DNA from: Hemiscyllium ocellatum
Lineage: Eukaryota
Direction: 5' to 3'
Length of the DNA: 64,000 bases
Assembly (NCBI RefSeq): GCF_020745735.1
Contig: NC_083408.1
Coordinates: 93,216,484-93,280,483 of the forward strand
The position numbers and the translations under genes were made by a program. This document shows positions 26,843 through 38,013 of this stretch, piece after piece; the first letter of the stretch is position 1, and each line of letters opens with the position of its first letter. The notes under the pieces are model-generated. The model was not told the DNA's origin. It saw only the letters and a program-made list of their open reading frames with translations, and did no database searches.

Positions 26843-27522
26843 TGTGGAAGTAGTAAGGACTTAACATACTGCTGCATGATGGGATACTTGACCAAGGTAA
26901 AAGGTATTTTGGCTCTCAGACCCATAGCTTTAGTGGAAAAGTATTGTTAGAGATAAAGATTGAGATTGTGTAATTATAGTTTGACAAAATATGAGGGGTG
27001 TACCTTAAGCTCGTTAGAGGGAATGCTTCTCTAGCTCATTAGTTTCTCTGTCCTTGAGCAACATCAAAGAACAAAGGTGATAACTGCACAATGCATATCT
27101 TTATCTTGAATTATTGTCAAGTCAAATGTAAGTAAAGTTGTTTGTATCATTATATAAGCATAGGTGGGAATTGTTTTAACTCAGTTGGCTCTACTGTTGG
27201 TTTACAGAGCAGTGTAATACCAACAGTGTGGGTTCAAATCTCATCACTGATTTGAAGTTACATGAAGGACTCTCCTTCTCAACCTCATCCCTCGCCTGGG
27301 TTCTGGTGACCCTCAGATTAAATCACTACAAGTCACTTCTCTCCAACGAGAGAGCAGGCCCTATGGTCAGATAGGACTATGGCGACATAACAGGTATAGG
27401 CTGACTGTTCAGCTCGAGAGAGTGCTGTTAGACAGTGATGACTGTAGTAGTCTCTCTGTGAATTCATGAAAAATAAAGCTTCTTCAAACAAGACTCGAAA
27501 TCTCAGATTAAGTAATTTCCTC
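26843..27522 (+). mobile_element. Putative solo LTR in a CR1 3' UTR, itself carrying a tRNA-headed SINE (~27165-27390)
   Basis: Interrupts a CR1 3' UTR (26660-26842, resuming ~27523). Starts TGTGGAA, ends TTCCTCG; TATATAA at 27151 and AATAAA at ~27473. The inner SINE has a B-box GGTTCAAATC. Confidence 0.4.
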
Positions 27523-27629
27523 GATGGAATTGAATGATCAGAGGATTTTATTGAAAGTTAGGGTGGACTCAACGGGATGAATGGAGACGACTCCTGCTCC
27601 TGATTTATATGTATATTTATATGTTGTCC

Positions 27630-28190
27630 AGCAATTTCAGTTGCTTCATTAATGACCTGCCTTCCATCATAAAGTCAGAAATAGAGATGTATAGTGATGA
27701 TTACACAATGTTCAGCACTATTCATGCCTTGTCAGACGGCGAAACATCTCTAAGATGTAAGAGAATAAGTAGGCCATTCAGACTAGCAATTCCACTCCAC
27801 CTTTCAATAAGATCATGGCTGATCTGATCATTTTCAAGTCCATTTTTTTGTCTTTTCCCCATTAAGTCTTAATTCCCTTACTGATTTAAATACATCTATC
27901 TCAGCCTTTCATGTATATAATGGTGTCTGGTCTCGATAGCCATCAGCAGTAAATTCTTCCAAAAATTCATTATCTTCTGAGAGAAGAAATTCTTACCCAT
28001 TTCTATTGTAAATGAGAGACTACTTACTCTGAAATTATTCTCTCAGGTCTTAGACTCTCCCAAACAGGGTACAATTTCTCAATATCCATTCTGCTGTCCC
28101 CTAAGAATCTGGTATGTTTCAAGGAGGCCATCTCTCATTTTTGTATACAGTGCAGACCGAAGCTAATAAATCTCTCCTCATAAGAAAGCC
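27630..28190. mobile_element. LINE RT fragment (+, ~27630-27745) and CR1 3' fragment (-, ~27755-28190)
   Basis: ORF 27609: FSCFINDLPSIIKSEIEMYSDDYT (RT catalytic xDD region), followed by an antisense CR1 3' UTR. Confidence 0.8.
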
Positions 28191-29802
28191 CCATCTGAAG
28201 TCAACTCTATTTAGACAGCATAACCCCTTTCCAATATCTTTGTAATTTGAAAGGTAAAGTTTCAGCAAATGTTTGGCCATTTTAAGAACTTTGCTTAGGT
28301 CACCTACACATCGTGTAGTAGTCTTTTTGTAAATCCTATAGTTTCAGCTCATTCAATGTACTCATTTGTGATATAAAACATGTTTTTAATAACACAATAC
28401 TAGAAGAGAACTAGAGTGCCACACTCCCAAAGCAGGTAATTTGTTTCCACAAAGTCACATTGCATGAACTCCCCCAGGTAATAATGGTCAAAAAATGTAA
28501 TTCCCATTGTCCCTGAGCTTCAAGCAGCATTTAAGCTGGGGGAGTTTGAATACCACTGAGAAGGGACCTTTCCCTTCCCCATCATTGACTATTAATGGAT
28601 ATAAAATCTAGTCCACAATCCTGAGGCCATTATCAACATGTATTTGCATTTGAATCTGCTCGGATGTTGTTGGTTAAAGAACATTTTCAAAGCTGCTGTT
28701 GCATTTCCAAAAGCAAGTCATTCTTTTAACCCAGGGACTTTTTTATGATCTCTCTATTCACTGAGTAATTCAAATTCTATTGCCTTAATTTACCATCAAA
28801 GAATATTCTACAGACATAACCCCTAAAACAAGTCATTTTACTTTAAACACTTTTGTGACAGAAATAAACATTTTATTTTCACATTGTTAGAATTTTATTA
28901 AATTTATTATTCATGTATTAATTCATAAAACACCAGGATTAATATAAGAATATCCGGTCCACTGGAATGGTCCATCTTTTAGAATGACTTATTGGAGGAA
29001 ATATTGACTTTGCACTGTGATGTATGATTGCAAATCAACAGCCTGTGACATCCGTGTCAAGCAATAACCATGTTAAACAGAAAGAATTTCACCATCTCCC
29101 TTTGACATTTAATAGCATCATCATTTTTGAACTCCCGACAATCAACATCTTGTGACCAAAATCTAAATACTGACATGTCAAAGTTGTGACTGAAAGAATG
29201 GGCCAGAGGAGATGAATTCTGTGGCAAATGCCCACCTCCTGTCCCCTGAATACCTGATAGGAAACAGGTGTTGGAGGGGATGTTAGAATATTCTGTTTGT
29301 CATGCGAGCAGCTCAGCAGCATCAATGGCAAAACAGCCCACTGTTTGGCATTCCTTCCACCCTTTCAACACACACATCTTTCATCACTGATGTACAATGC
29401 AACAATGTGCACCATATACAAGATGCAGAGCTCCAATTCACCAAGGCTCCCTAAACAGCATCATAAGACCAGAATATCATAAGAGCAGGAATTCAGCCCA
29501 TTGAGTGTGTTCCAGTATTCAATGAGATCATGAATGATCTGATAATCCTCAACCCCATTTTTCTGCCTTTACCCCATCACCCTTGATTCTTTAACTGATC
29601 AAAAGTCTGTTTCAGCCCTGAATATGTTCAGTGAGCCTTCCTTAACAGCATTTTAGTAAATAATTCCACTGCCTCATTATCCTCTGAGAGAACAAAATCC
29701 TCCTTATATCTGTCTTTAATATATTTCCTCTAATTCTGAGGTTATGCCCTATGATCCTAAACTCTCCCAAAAGGGGAAACAATCTACATGCACCCATCCT
29801 GT

Positions 29803-30387
29803 TGAAGATGTAGATCCCAGGCGGGACCTCTCAGTTTCGACATCAGTCAAAAGAATCATCAGGAATACCGCCTGTTTAAAGCAAGGTTATCAGTTTAATA
29901 GAATTAGGCAGCCTGGCCCTGTTTTGTCCAGCAACACAGAGGTTAAAACTTCTGTGTTCTGTGGCGAAGTTGCACCAGGCTGCCTAATTTTATTAAACTG
30001 ATAACCTTGCTTTAAACAGACCCTGTACCTGATTATTCTTTTGACTGATCTCGAAACCAAGAGGTCCCACCTGGGATCTACATTTTCATATGGTACCGTG
30101 ACTTGTGGTTCGACACGGACAGATCGTGGACAGTGGTGTAAGAGCTTGAGTCCCTCGCTATTGAGTGTTGAGAAATTTGGCCAGCCAGACGTGGGTATTT
30201 TAAGTCCATTTGGCTTTTTTCGCATTCAAGTAGTGGCTGAATTGACCCCTTGCTGTCTATTGTCCTAGTCCAGCCCGAAAAGGATAAATCTTGGCAAGGG
30301 GCGAGGAAGAGAAAGAGAGAGAAAGGTCAAGGACTCTTACAAAGTTGAGAAAACTGAGAGGTTTCGTCTGGGACCTGCAGATCTTCG
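29803..30387 (+). mobile_element. 585-bp non-coding LTR/ERV-like mini-element: foldback TG..CA unit, tRNA-His-like PBS, purine tract, terminal repeat
   Basis: TSD CTGT at 29799-29802 and 30388-30391. Ends TGAAGA / TCTTCG. 114-bp inverted arms at 29803-29916 and 29975-30088 (12 mismatches, no indels). PBS-like at 30091; purine run 30303-30326; 30351-30387 complementary to the first ~35 nt. Confidence 0.75.
30091..30113 (+). promoter_or_regulatory. Primer-binding site complementary to the tRNA-His(GUG) 3' end
   Basis: TGGTACCGTGACTTG matches the canonical His PBS TGGTGCCGTGACTCG at 13/15 and lies 2 nt after the ...TTTTCA end. Complementarity extends to TTCGA allowing G-U pairs and one bulge. 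Confidence 0.7.
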
Positions 30388-32929
30388 CTGTATACAAAGA
30401 ATCTTGTATGTTTCAATATGGTTGCCCTACATACACATAACATACCCAGAAGAACAAAGGAGCAGATGACTGGCACGTATAAATTTCCCTCTAAAGCATG
30501 TGTCATCCTGGTTTGGAACAATATTACTGCTCCTTCACTGAAAGTGGTCAAAATTCTGGAATTCCCTTCTAACAGCATTGTAGGTGCACCTATTCTCCAA
30601 ACACTACAATGGTTTACTAAGGCTGCGTAGCATCATCATCTCCAGGTGAATTAGATATAGATAATAATGCTGGCCTAGTCAATGATGCCCATATTCTATC
30701 ACTGAACGAATAATAAATTTTTAAAAATTAGAAGTGGCACAGCTAAGGGCAGATGTGCTGTAAAGCCTGTGCTTAATTACCAGTTGGGGTAGGAATGAGC
30801 TGTTGTATGTGCAAGGACGTTTTAGCTGTGTATCGTGTGACATGTTGGGTTGTGACTGTTGTTCCACTACATTGATATTGAAGGCCAATTGCAGACTACC
30901 AATGTTTGAGCATGATGGGTGTGACAGCAACTGCAGATGTGGGCAGCATGCAGCCACTGCTCATGAGATGTTGGTGCTAAGTATCCATGGTGGAGGTCCA
31001 GAGCTGGAATTACTAAATACCTGAGCTGACTTTCAATTCTCAACACAAAGATTGCATTCAACAAGTGGGAGAATGGGAGCCTGCTTGTTCATGAGGTGAG
31101 ATTAAATAATCACGAGAGTCATAATACATGTCAACAGGCCTAGGACTTGCTTGGAAAGTGTGTCTTTTTGGTTTTGATGTTCAGAAAAGCTGCACTCGAT
31201 GCCTCACATAATTAGACCAAATTTCTTGCTGTAACCCACTTTGTTCAGGGTCCGAGAGGATTCTATCCTCTGTTCATGATGTGCAAACCAATAAATAGCT
31301 ATTTTTAATTTTCTCAAAAGAAATGTTTCATCAAAGTGGAATTGGGAGAAACATACAGAATCTTCAGGTGAACATCTTTTAGTAATCTGCTACTATAAAC
31401 TCTACTCCCACCATCCATACGCACCTATGCTTGCAAGATTAAATATAAGTAAGTACACTTGAAAGTCATTGTTTAAAAAGTGAGTGAAATGCAGAATGTA
31501 TCTGAAAACAAAACTGAGGCAACTTGCAGTATGAAACTGTACTGATATTCCTATAATACTTCAGAGCTAGCGAGCACTGAACTTCCAACAGATACCCTTT
31601 TCCCTTCATTCTGGCAATGATTGTAGTAGATCTTTATTGAAACTCCATAATCAGACAGGTCGACTTTCATGTGCTACTCTTCGGTTACCTTCTCAAATAA
31701 ATTTGTAAATTGGATCATCTGTCTCATGTCACTCCAGGTATTTATTAATACTTCAGTTTAATTATGTAACACTACATCTAATTCATGCTGTCTTCCTTAG
31801 CACTTTAGCATCATGCAAAAAAATCCAATAACTTTCCCTGCTCCACTAGGTTTCCTTCTAACGTACTCCAACTGTTCTTCTAATCTCCTTAACAATTCTG
31901 TTGATTTCTTCTTAATGGCCCCTAATTGTACTCCTAATCTTCACTGACAATGCTAAAGTTTCACTTCACTTTCCTAACCTCTTCTTATTTCCTCCCAATC
32001 TTCCAACACGTCAGTTAATTGCCCCAATACTCTCCCATACCTATTCTATTATTCTCATTAAATCTGCCAAAGTACTTCACCCTACTCTCTCGCTCTGACC
32101 GTAGTCAAGTATGAGTTGTTGTGAAATATATTCTATGGAAATTAGTTTATGATATAGTAACTATGGGTAATTTTAAACCGTGTCTCTCTCCAACTGATCT
32201 ATGTCATCCAGTGTAATAAGCTTCAATGATTACTGCCAAAATAACTGTGCCAACAGCAGCACTTGTCAATTTGTCATGCTTTTATGGGTAATAGATTGTT
32301 CTGCAAGAGGTCATAAAACACAACGCTTCAATGATAACAAATATAAACTTCACAAGCCTGGAATTGATTTTGTGCATTGTTAATAGATGACCCTTGTAAC
32401 AACTCTGTTAAAATACTGGATAGAGAAATCTCGGATGATGCACTGACATAGTAATATTGCAATGTCATTTCCAAGGTTCATCATCCTGGAAATTTGTTCA
32501 ACAGGTGACCCAGGATATTCCTCTAGGATGAGATAAAGAAGGCAGAGATATTACTAAAGCTGATGTCCTAATGGCGTAAGAGTACCACTGTGACATGTTT
32601 GATTGTTCCAGCCTTCTGCATGTTGTAATGTGGAAGCCTAACTTGAGGACTTTAAGGCCATGCACGAGTGTGTAAAGCAGTAGACATACTGGGCCTAGCT
32701 AATAGAAGAGTAAACACACAAAGGGTGGTATCAGAGCCACAGAAGAAGCTATTATTATGTCTGGGACTTGTCCTTAGGCAGTGAAGCCTCCAATGTAAAT
32801 GCTCCAGATGGAGCTCTCATGCTCGCCAGATCTTTTTCCTTTTTCTTTCTTTTTATTTTCCACTTGCTCCAGTTTTTATTTCACTGCCCCATGCCCCAGC
32901 TTCTCAATTTTTAAAGAACACTAGTTGGA

Positions 32930-33765
32930 GGGAATGGAGAATGGAGTCTGAGACGAGCCTTGAGTGGGAGACGAATTGCAGTCGGAGCGGGAGCAAAGTG
33001 AATGTAGGCCCAGTCCTGGAACTGAGATGTGGCTGGAGCCCGGAGCGGGAGCAGAGCAAGTGAGTGCCAAGTCTTGAAATTGAGTTGCAGCTGGAGCGAG
33101 GAGTTAGAGCAGTGCGAGAGTGCAGGCAGAATCCCAGAATAGACTTGCAGCTGGAGCGAGGAGTCGGAGCAGTGCGAGTGCAGGCAGAGTCCCGGAACTG
33201 ATTTGCAGCTGAAACCCAGAATGGGAACAAAGTAAGCATAGGCCTAGACCCGGAACTGAGTTGTGGTCAGAGCCCATAGCAGGAGCAGAGTGAGCTTGGA
33301 TCGAATTCCGGAATTAAGGTGCAGCTGCAACCCAAAGAAGGAACAGAGCGAGCATGGTCCTAGTCCCTCGTCCCGGAGCCTGGAGAGGGAGCAGAGAGAG
33401 CGTGGGCCAAGTCTTGGAATTGAGTTGCAACTGGAGCCAAGAGTAGGAGCAGAGTGAGCATGTGTCTAGTCCTGGAATTGAGTTGCAGTACATGGAGACT
33501 ACAAGGCCTTGTGTTCTGAAGTCAGGCGGCAATGACTTAGTGAAAAAGGACTATCACTTGACTACTTTAACAATAGTTTTTATTTGCATCCTGGACTTTT
33601 TAAACTCTTGTTTCCATGCTAGTCTATTTTTGTATTAACTTTTCCAATCCTGTAACAATGCATAAAGTGTCTGTGCCGAAGTACCCTGTACTGAAGATGG
33701 CACTGAGAGGCGACATTATCAACTTTTCACCACACTCATTCGAGTGAATGTGACAATAAAGGCTA
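32930..33765 (+). repeat. 58-bp minisatellite (~9-10 diverged units, to ~33490) ending in a Rex1/Babar-like 3' tail
   Basis: Unit e.g. GAGCGGGAGCAAAGTGAATGTAGGCCCAGTCCTGGAACTGAGATGTGGCTGGAGCCCG; tail AACTTTTCA...GAATGTGACAATAAA. Confidence 0.75.
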
Positions 33766-36700
33766 TTGTAGAATGGAACATTTCACTTTAAAGCACTGAT
33801 ACACTCTCCAAAGCAGCTCAGGATCTTTCTGCTTGGCAGGGACCCACTCTGAGGCTTGTAAAAGTTCCACAACTTTGTAATGTGTCTGGCAGTTAGTCAA
33901 CTGATTGCCTGTCTCCAATTGGCAGGTTAAAGTTTTTTGCCATTCTTACCATCTGCTATACCCCTTGGCAAAGGGAGCACTTCGCTCTTCTCTCCCACAC
34001 CTTGTGCCATTTATTTAGCACTTACCTACCCCTCTCCAAAGGGCTGTTAAAACTCAGTCCAATTTTGACTGTTTCTTTCTCCACAGATGTACCCAGACCC
34101 ACTGAATATTTCCAGCATTTTCTGCTTTTATTTTTGGAATCATACTGAAGGAATTTGGAGCCATTCTCCTTTTAGATAAATCTAAATAGAAGGTCTATTT
34201 TGTAAAAGAATGAGCTGAATGCAACAGTGGAGACAGAATTGAGGCATTCAAAATTGGATGATTGTTTGGATAACATTCAGGTGCAAGTGCATGGGGAAAA
34301 AAAAGTGGGAGATTTGCATTAGATAATGAGCCAGTATAGGCAAGAGGGACTGAATTCCCTCCTTCTGCACATGCAATTCTCTGATGTTGTATTTTCACAG
34401 TGGTTTGTGCATTGATTAAAATGACAAGGTAATTTTTGGAGAGCATTTCAATTTTCAAAGCAAAACCTACTGTCAGCTAAAAGTAATTTCCTTATCCACT
34501 AGTCTGCGTAGTTGTTGGTCAGATGATTACAATTAATGACAGTTATAATTTTGTGCTGAGTACTGCCAGTGTTTTATTAATCTAGCTACTGCTGTCATAA
34601 TGTTTACCTTACAAACATTATTACCCTGTTAACTTATGCTGATAGTCCTCTCACCCAGTTTAAAATTGTATTTTCTCCTTTTCAATTTGTGCCTCCCTTT
34701 ATCACAATGCTATTTCCCTTAAGTGTGGATGATGGAACATTCTGCATGTTGCAAACTTCAAACAGAAACACTTGGAAAGGTAAAGATTATACAATTGTTC
34801 ACCTGCGACACAATTGGTGCATATTTACATGACTGCCACCTGATTGATTGTGGGACTGATTCCATAATGCCAGAGATGATCGATGCTGGTAGAGACTGAA
34901 GACAGTCATGGGCTGAGATCCTTAATTTTCCATTCATTAATCATCCCTTACCTGTCCACAGCATATATCAAACTGAGGTAGTTCCTGGCATTCTACCTTA
35001 TTGACACAAATACAACAGATTGTGATCTGTGTCAACAATAATCCAAGACAGGGCACAATTTGTAGGATGTAGACACTATGTGGTCATTTGCATAACTGCA
35101 ATACGGGGCCATCATTTTAAGATCAAGTGCTCCATAGCTGTTCTGCCTGAGGTCTCCTGAGGCCCTCTGATCTTAGGAAGAGTGGAGCCGAAATTATTTC
35201 TAAGCTAGAGGATATTTGAAGGGGGAATTCTTGAGGTGGCTCTTGATGGAGAGAGATAGATTAGAAATTTCATTTCCCGGAATAAATTAACCTGTTGTCT
35301 AATTAATGAAAATTCCTGGTGGTGTGCTCAGATTCGTCACAAGTTCTGAACCTTTCCAGTTAGAAACAGGTCAGAGATACATCTACCTGTTGTAAGGATA
35401 GGATTCTCCAAGGTATTGTTGCAAGTAGGTAGGATTTTTTTCTTTACATCTTTGTTTCACATCAGCCTCATGACTTAGTTCACTATGACCATTTATGCTT
35501 TCATGATAGATGTGGAACCGTAGCACTGGGAAATGAGAGATAATATATACAAAAGATAACTAGAAAGTACATTACATCTTGCAGTCAGCCCCATTCTCTT
35601 GAGGATATAGAGTTAGACAGTATGGAAACAGACCATTCGGTCCAACTCATCCATGCCAATCAGACATGCCTATCTGACTTAGTCCCAGTTGCTAACATTT
35701 GGCTCATATTCCTCTAAACCTTTCCTATCCTTATACCCAAAATTTCAGGCATTTTGTCTTTATTCTTCAATAATCTGATGTAGCAAAGCCAAACCCAGAG
35801 CTAAATAAAGCTCCTCACTGACCCATTGCCAAGTAGCACCATTTCAGTTGTTCACAGAGAAATCTACCATCCCCCTACACAGTATAGGAATGAAATGTGG
35901 ACCTGCCAACTTCACTGTCCTCCCAAATTTAAAGTGTTGAAAAAATGATGCCCTGATTTTAGTGACTGGATTTGTACCTGTGGCAGAAGACACTGACTTG
36001 GCCAGAGTGGGAAGTGTGATACATGGAGAGACCTCCTCCCAGTGATAGCCAATTAATGTGCTGTCACCAAAGATGCCATCTCAAGTACAGCAACATACCT
36101 CCAAGTTACACTTCTTAGGGCCAGCCACTCAGTAGTGATTAGCCATTGGTGACCATTGTGATGGCTGTAGCTGAATGGACAGGAAACCTCAATGACCTAT
36201 GTATTCATAAACTGCTGCACGAGATTGGGGAATGCCTTGGACCAAGTGTTGTGTGGAGCATTTGGTTCTGAAAGGATTAGTGCTGAAGAGTATGATTTAG
36301 AAGGGTAGGGGTCAAGTGCAGGGAAACGAGGTTAGCGTGGGTGGACATTTTAGGTGGCATGGACCATATGGGCTAAAGGGCTTGTCTCTGTGTTGAAGGA
36401 ATCTATGACTCTAGGAGTACACTCAGATCCACCCAATATGACAGTTTCCTGAAGACTGAGTGGGGAGAACAGCTTTGGATCTTGAAGGAGAAAAGAACAA
36501 TCACCAAGGTTTCCATCGTTGTCTTAGCAACAATGATACTCGTACCAATGAAAGTTACATCTGATTGCTATCATACATTAACTACATCTTACTTAAGGCA
36601 AAAGCATCTTGCTGGATAATTCATTGATTTTGTCTGTCAGGCCAGACAAAACAGATTCTAACCTAAAAGGTGGAAAAAGTTAACAAATCTTTAACAAATA

Positions 36701-36860
36701 GTTTATGGTAATGAATATTCCAGCAGCTCATACAATATGACAGCAGATAATCGAGGTTGATGGGGAGGGTGGCATTGTGATGTATCTGTAGTGCTTTTGA
36801 TGCCAAGGATGGCCAACCTTCAGCCTTTACATCATGAGAGCTTGCTGGAAGGCCACAGAG

Positions 36861-36863
<3 letters not shown>

Positions 36864-36913
<50 letters not shown>

Positions 36914-37972
36914 GGCGGGTGTGTGTGTGTTTGTGTACATGTACGTCTGTGTATGTGTGTACTTGTTTGTGTACGTGTGTGTCTCTGTGTACTTGTGTGT
37001 ACATATATGTGTAGGTGTATGCATGTGCGTATGCGTATACGTACATGTGTGCATGTATGTACTTTGTGGGTACACGTGGGTGTTTGCATCTGTGTATACA
37101 TGTGTATGTGATTGTGTACATGTACATTTGTCTGTGAGCATGTGCGTGTATACATGTGAACATATGTATGTGTACATGTGTGTATAGGTGTGTGTGCATA
37201 CATGTGTGTGCACGTGAGAGTGTGGATGTGTGTGCATGTGTATACATGTGCTCATGTGTGTATATGTGCCAGTGTGTGCATGAATGTGTGTACATGTATG
37301 TGTGTGTATGTGTGTGTTTGTGTATGGACGTGTGTGTATGTGTGTACACGTTTGTGTGTGAGAGTGCTTGTAAATATGCTTGTCTGTTTGTGTACGTGTC
37401 TGTGTATGTATGTACATATATGCATAAATGTATTTGTGTACACACATGGGTATGTGTACGTGTATGTGTGTGCATACATGTGTGTATATGTACATGTATA
37501 TTTGTGCATATGTAATTGTGTACATGTACCTGTGTCTGTGTGTACACGTGTTTGTTTACACATGTATATGTGGCGTGTATGTGAACATCTCTGTGTGCAT
37601 GTGTGTACATGTATGAGTGTGTGTATGTATGTACATGTATGTACGTGTGTGTGGAAATGTGTGTAATGTACATATGCGCATGTGTGTGTACTTGTGTGTG
37701 GATATGCTTGCGTATATGTGTGTGTATATGTACATGTGTGTATGTGTGTACATGTGTGCATGTACGTGTACGTGTATGTGTGCATGTGCATACATGTATG
37801 TGTATGTTTTTGTGTGTACCTGTACATGAGTATACGTGCATATGTACATTCACACATACTGGTATGCATTGTGTGTGGGGGAGTGGGTGTGTGTGTGGGT
37901 GTGTGTGTGCATGCGTGTATGTGCATGTGATCATGCGTATATGTGCGCGCGTGTGTTTCTGTGTGTGTGGTT

Positions 37973-38003
<31 letters not shown>

Positions 38004-38013
38004 GTGTGTGTGT
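36864..38013. repeat. 1.15-kb degenerate (TG/TA/CA) alternating purine-pyrimidine satellite
   Basis: Near-continuous RY alternation with pure (TG)n at both ends. Source of all the H/T- and C/V-rich ORFs here. Confidence 0.97.

Larger units (their letters stand above)
29461..30430 (-). mobile_element. CR1 3' fragment split by the 585-bp element
   Basis: Colinear with 27755-28140: ..ACTCTCCCAAAAGGGGAAACAAT..CATCCTGT | insertion | ..AAGAATCTTGTATGTTTCAAT. Confidence 0.8.
29040..30715 (+). mobile_element. Old CR1-clade LINE 3' part (29040-29460 and 30430-30715), host of the nested insertions
   Basis: ACCATATACAAGATGCA..TCACCAAGGCTCC breaks at ~29460 and resumes at ~30440 (AGAAGAACAAAGGAGCAGAT..). 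It ends ATAATGCTGGCCTAGTCAATGATGCCCATATTC, the same tail as SINE B. Confidence 0.7.

Noticed and set aside
29803-30088. The hairpin alone as a MITE or pre-miRNA
   Set aside because: There is no TSD at 30088; the TSD encloses the full 585 bp. The stem is far longer than a pre-miRNA and is followed by a PBS.
29744-30268. ORFs overlapping the foldback element
   Set aside because: The + and - peptides mirror each other because of the palindrome; no recognisable domain.
30137-30341. TGTAAGAG...CTCTTACA as a nested mini solo LTR
   Set aside because: Flanks (GTGG / AAGT) show no duplication, so it is treated as an internal helix.
31780-32100. Strand-biased stretch reading as a coiled-coil-like peptide on -
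   Set aside because: Contains several stops and cannot be assigned to a family; probably an old TE remnant.
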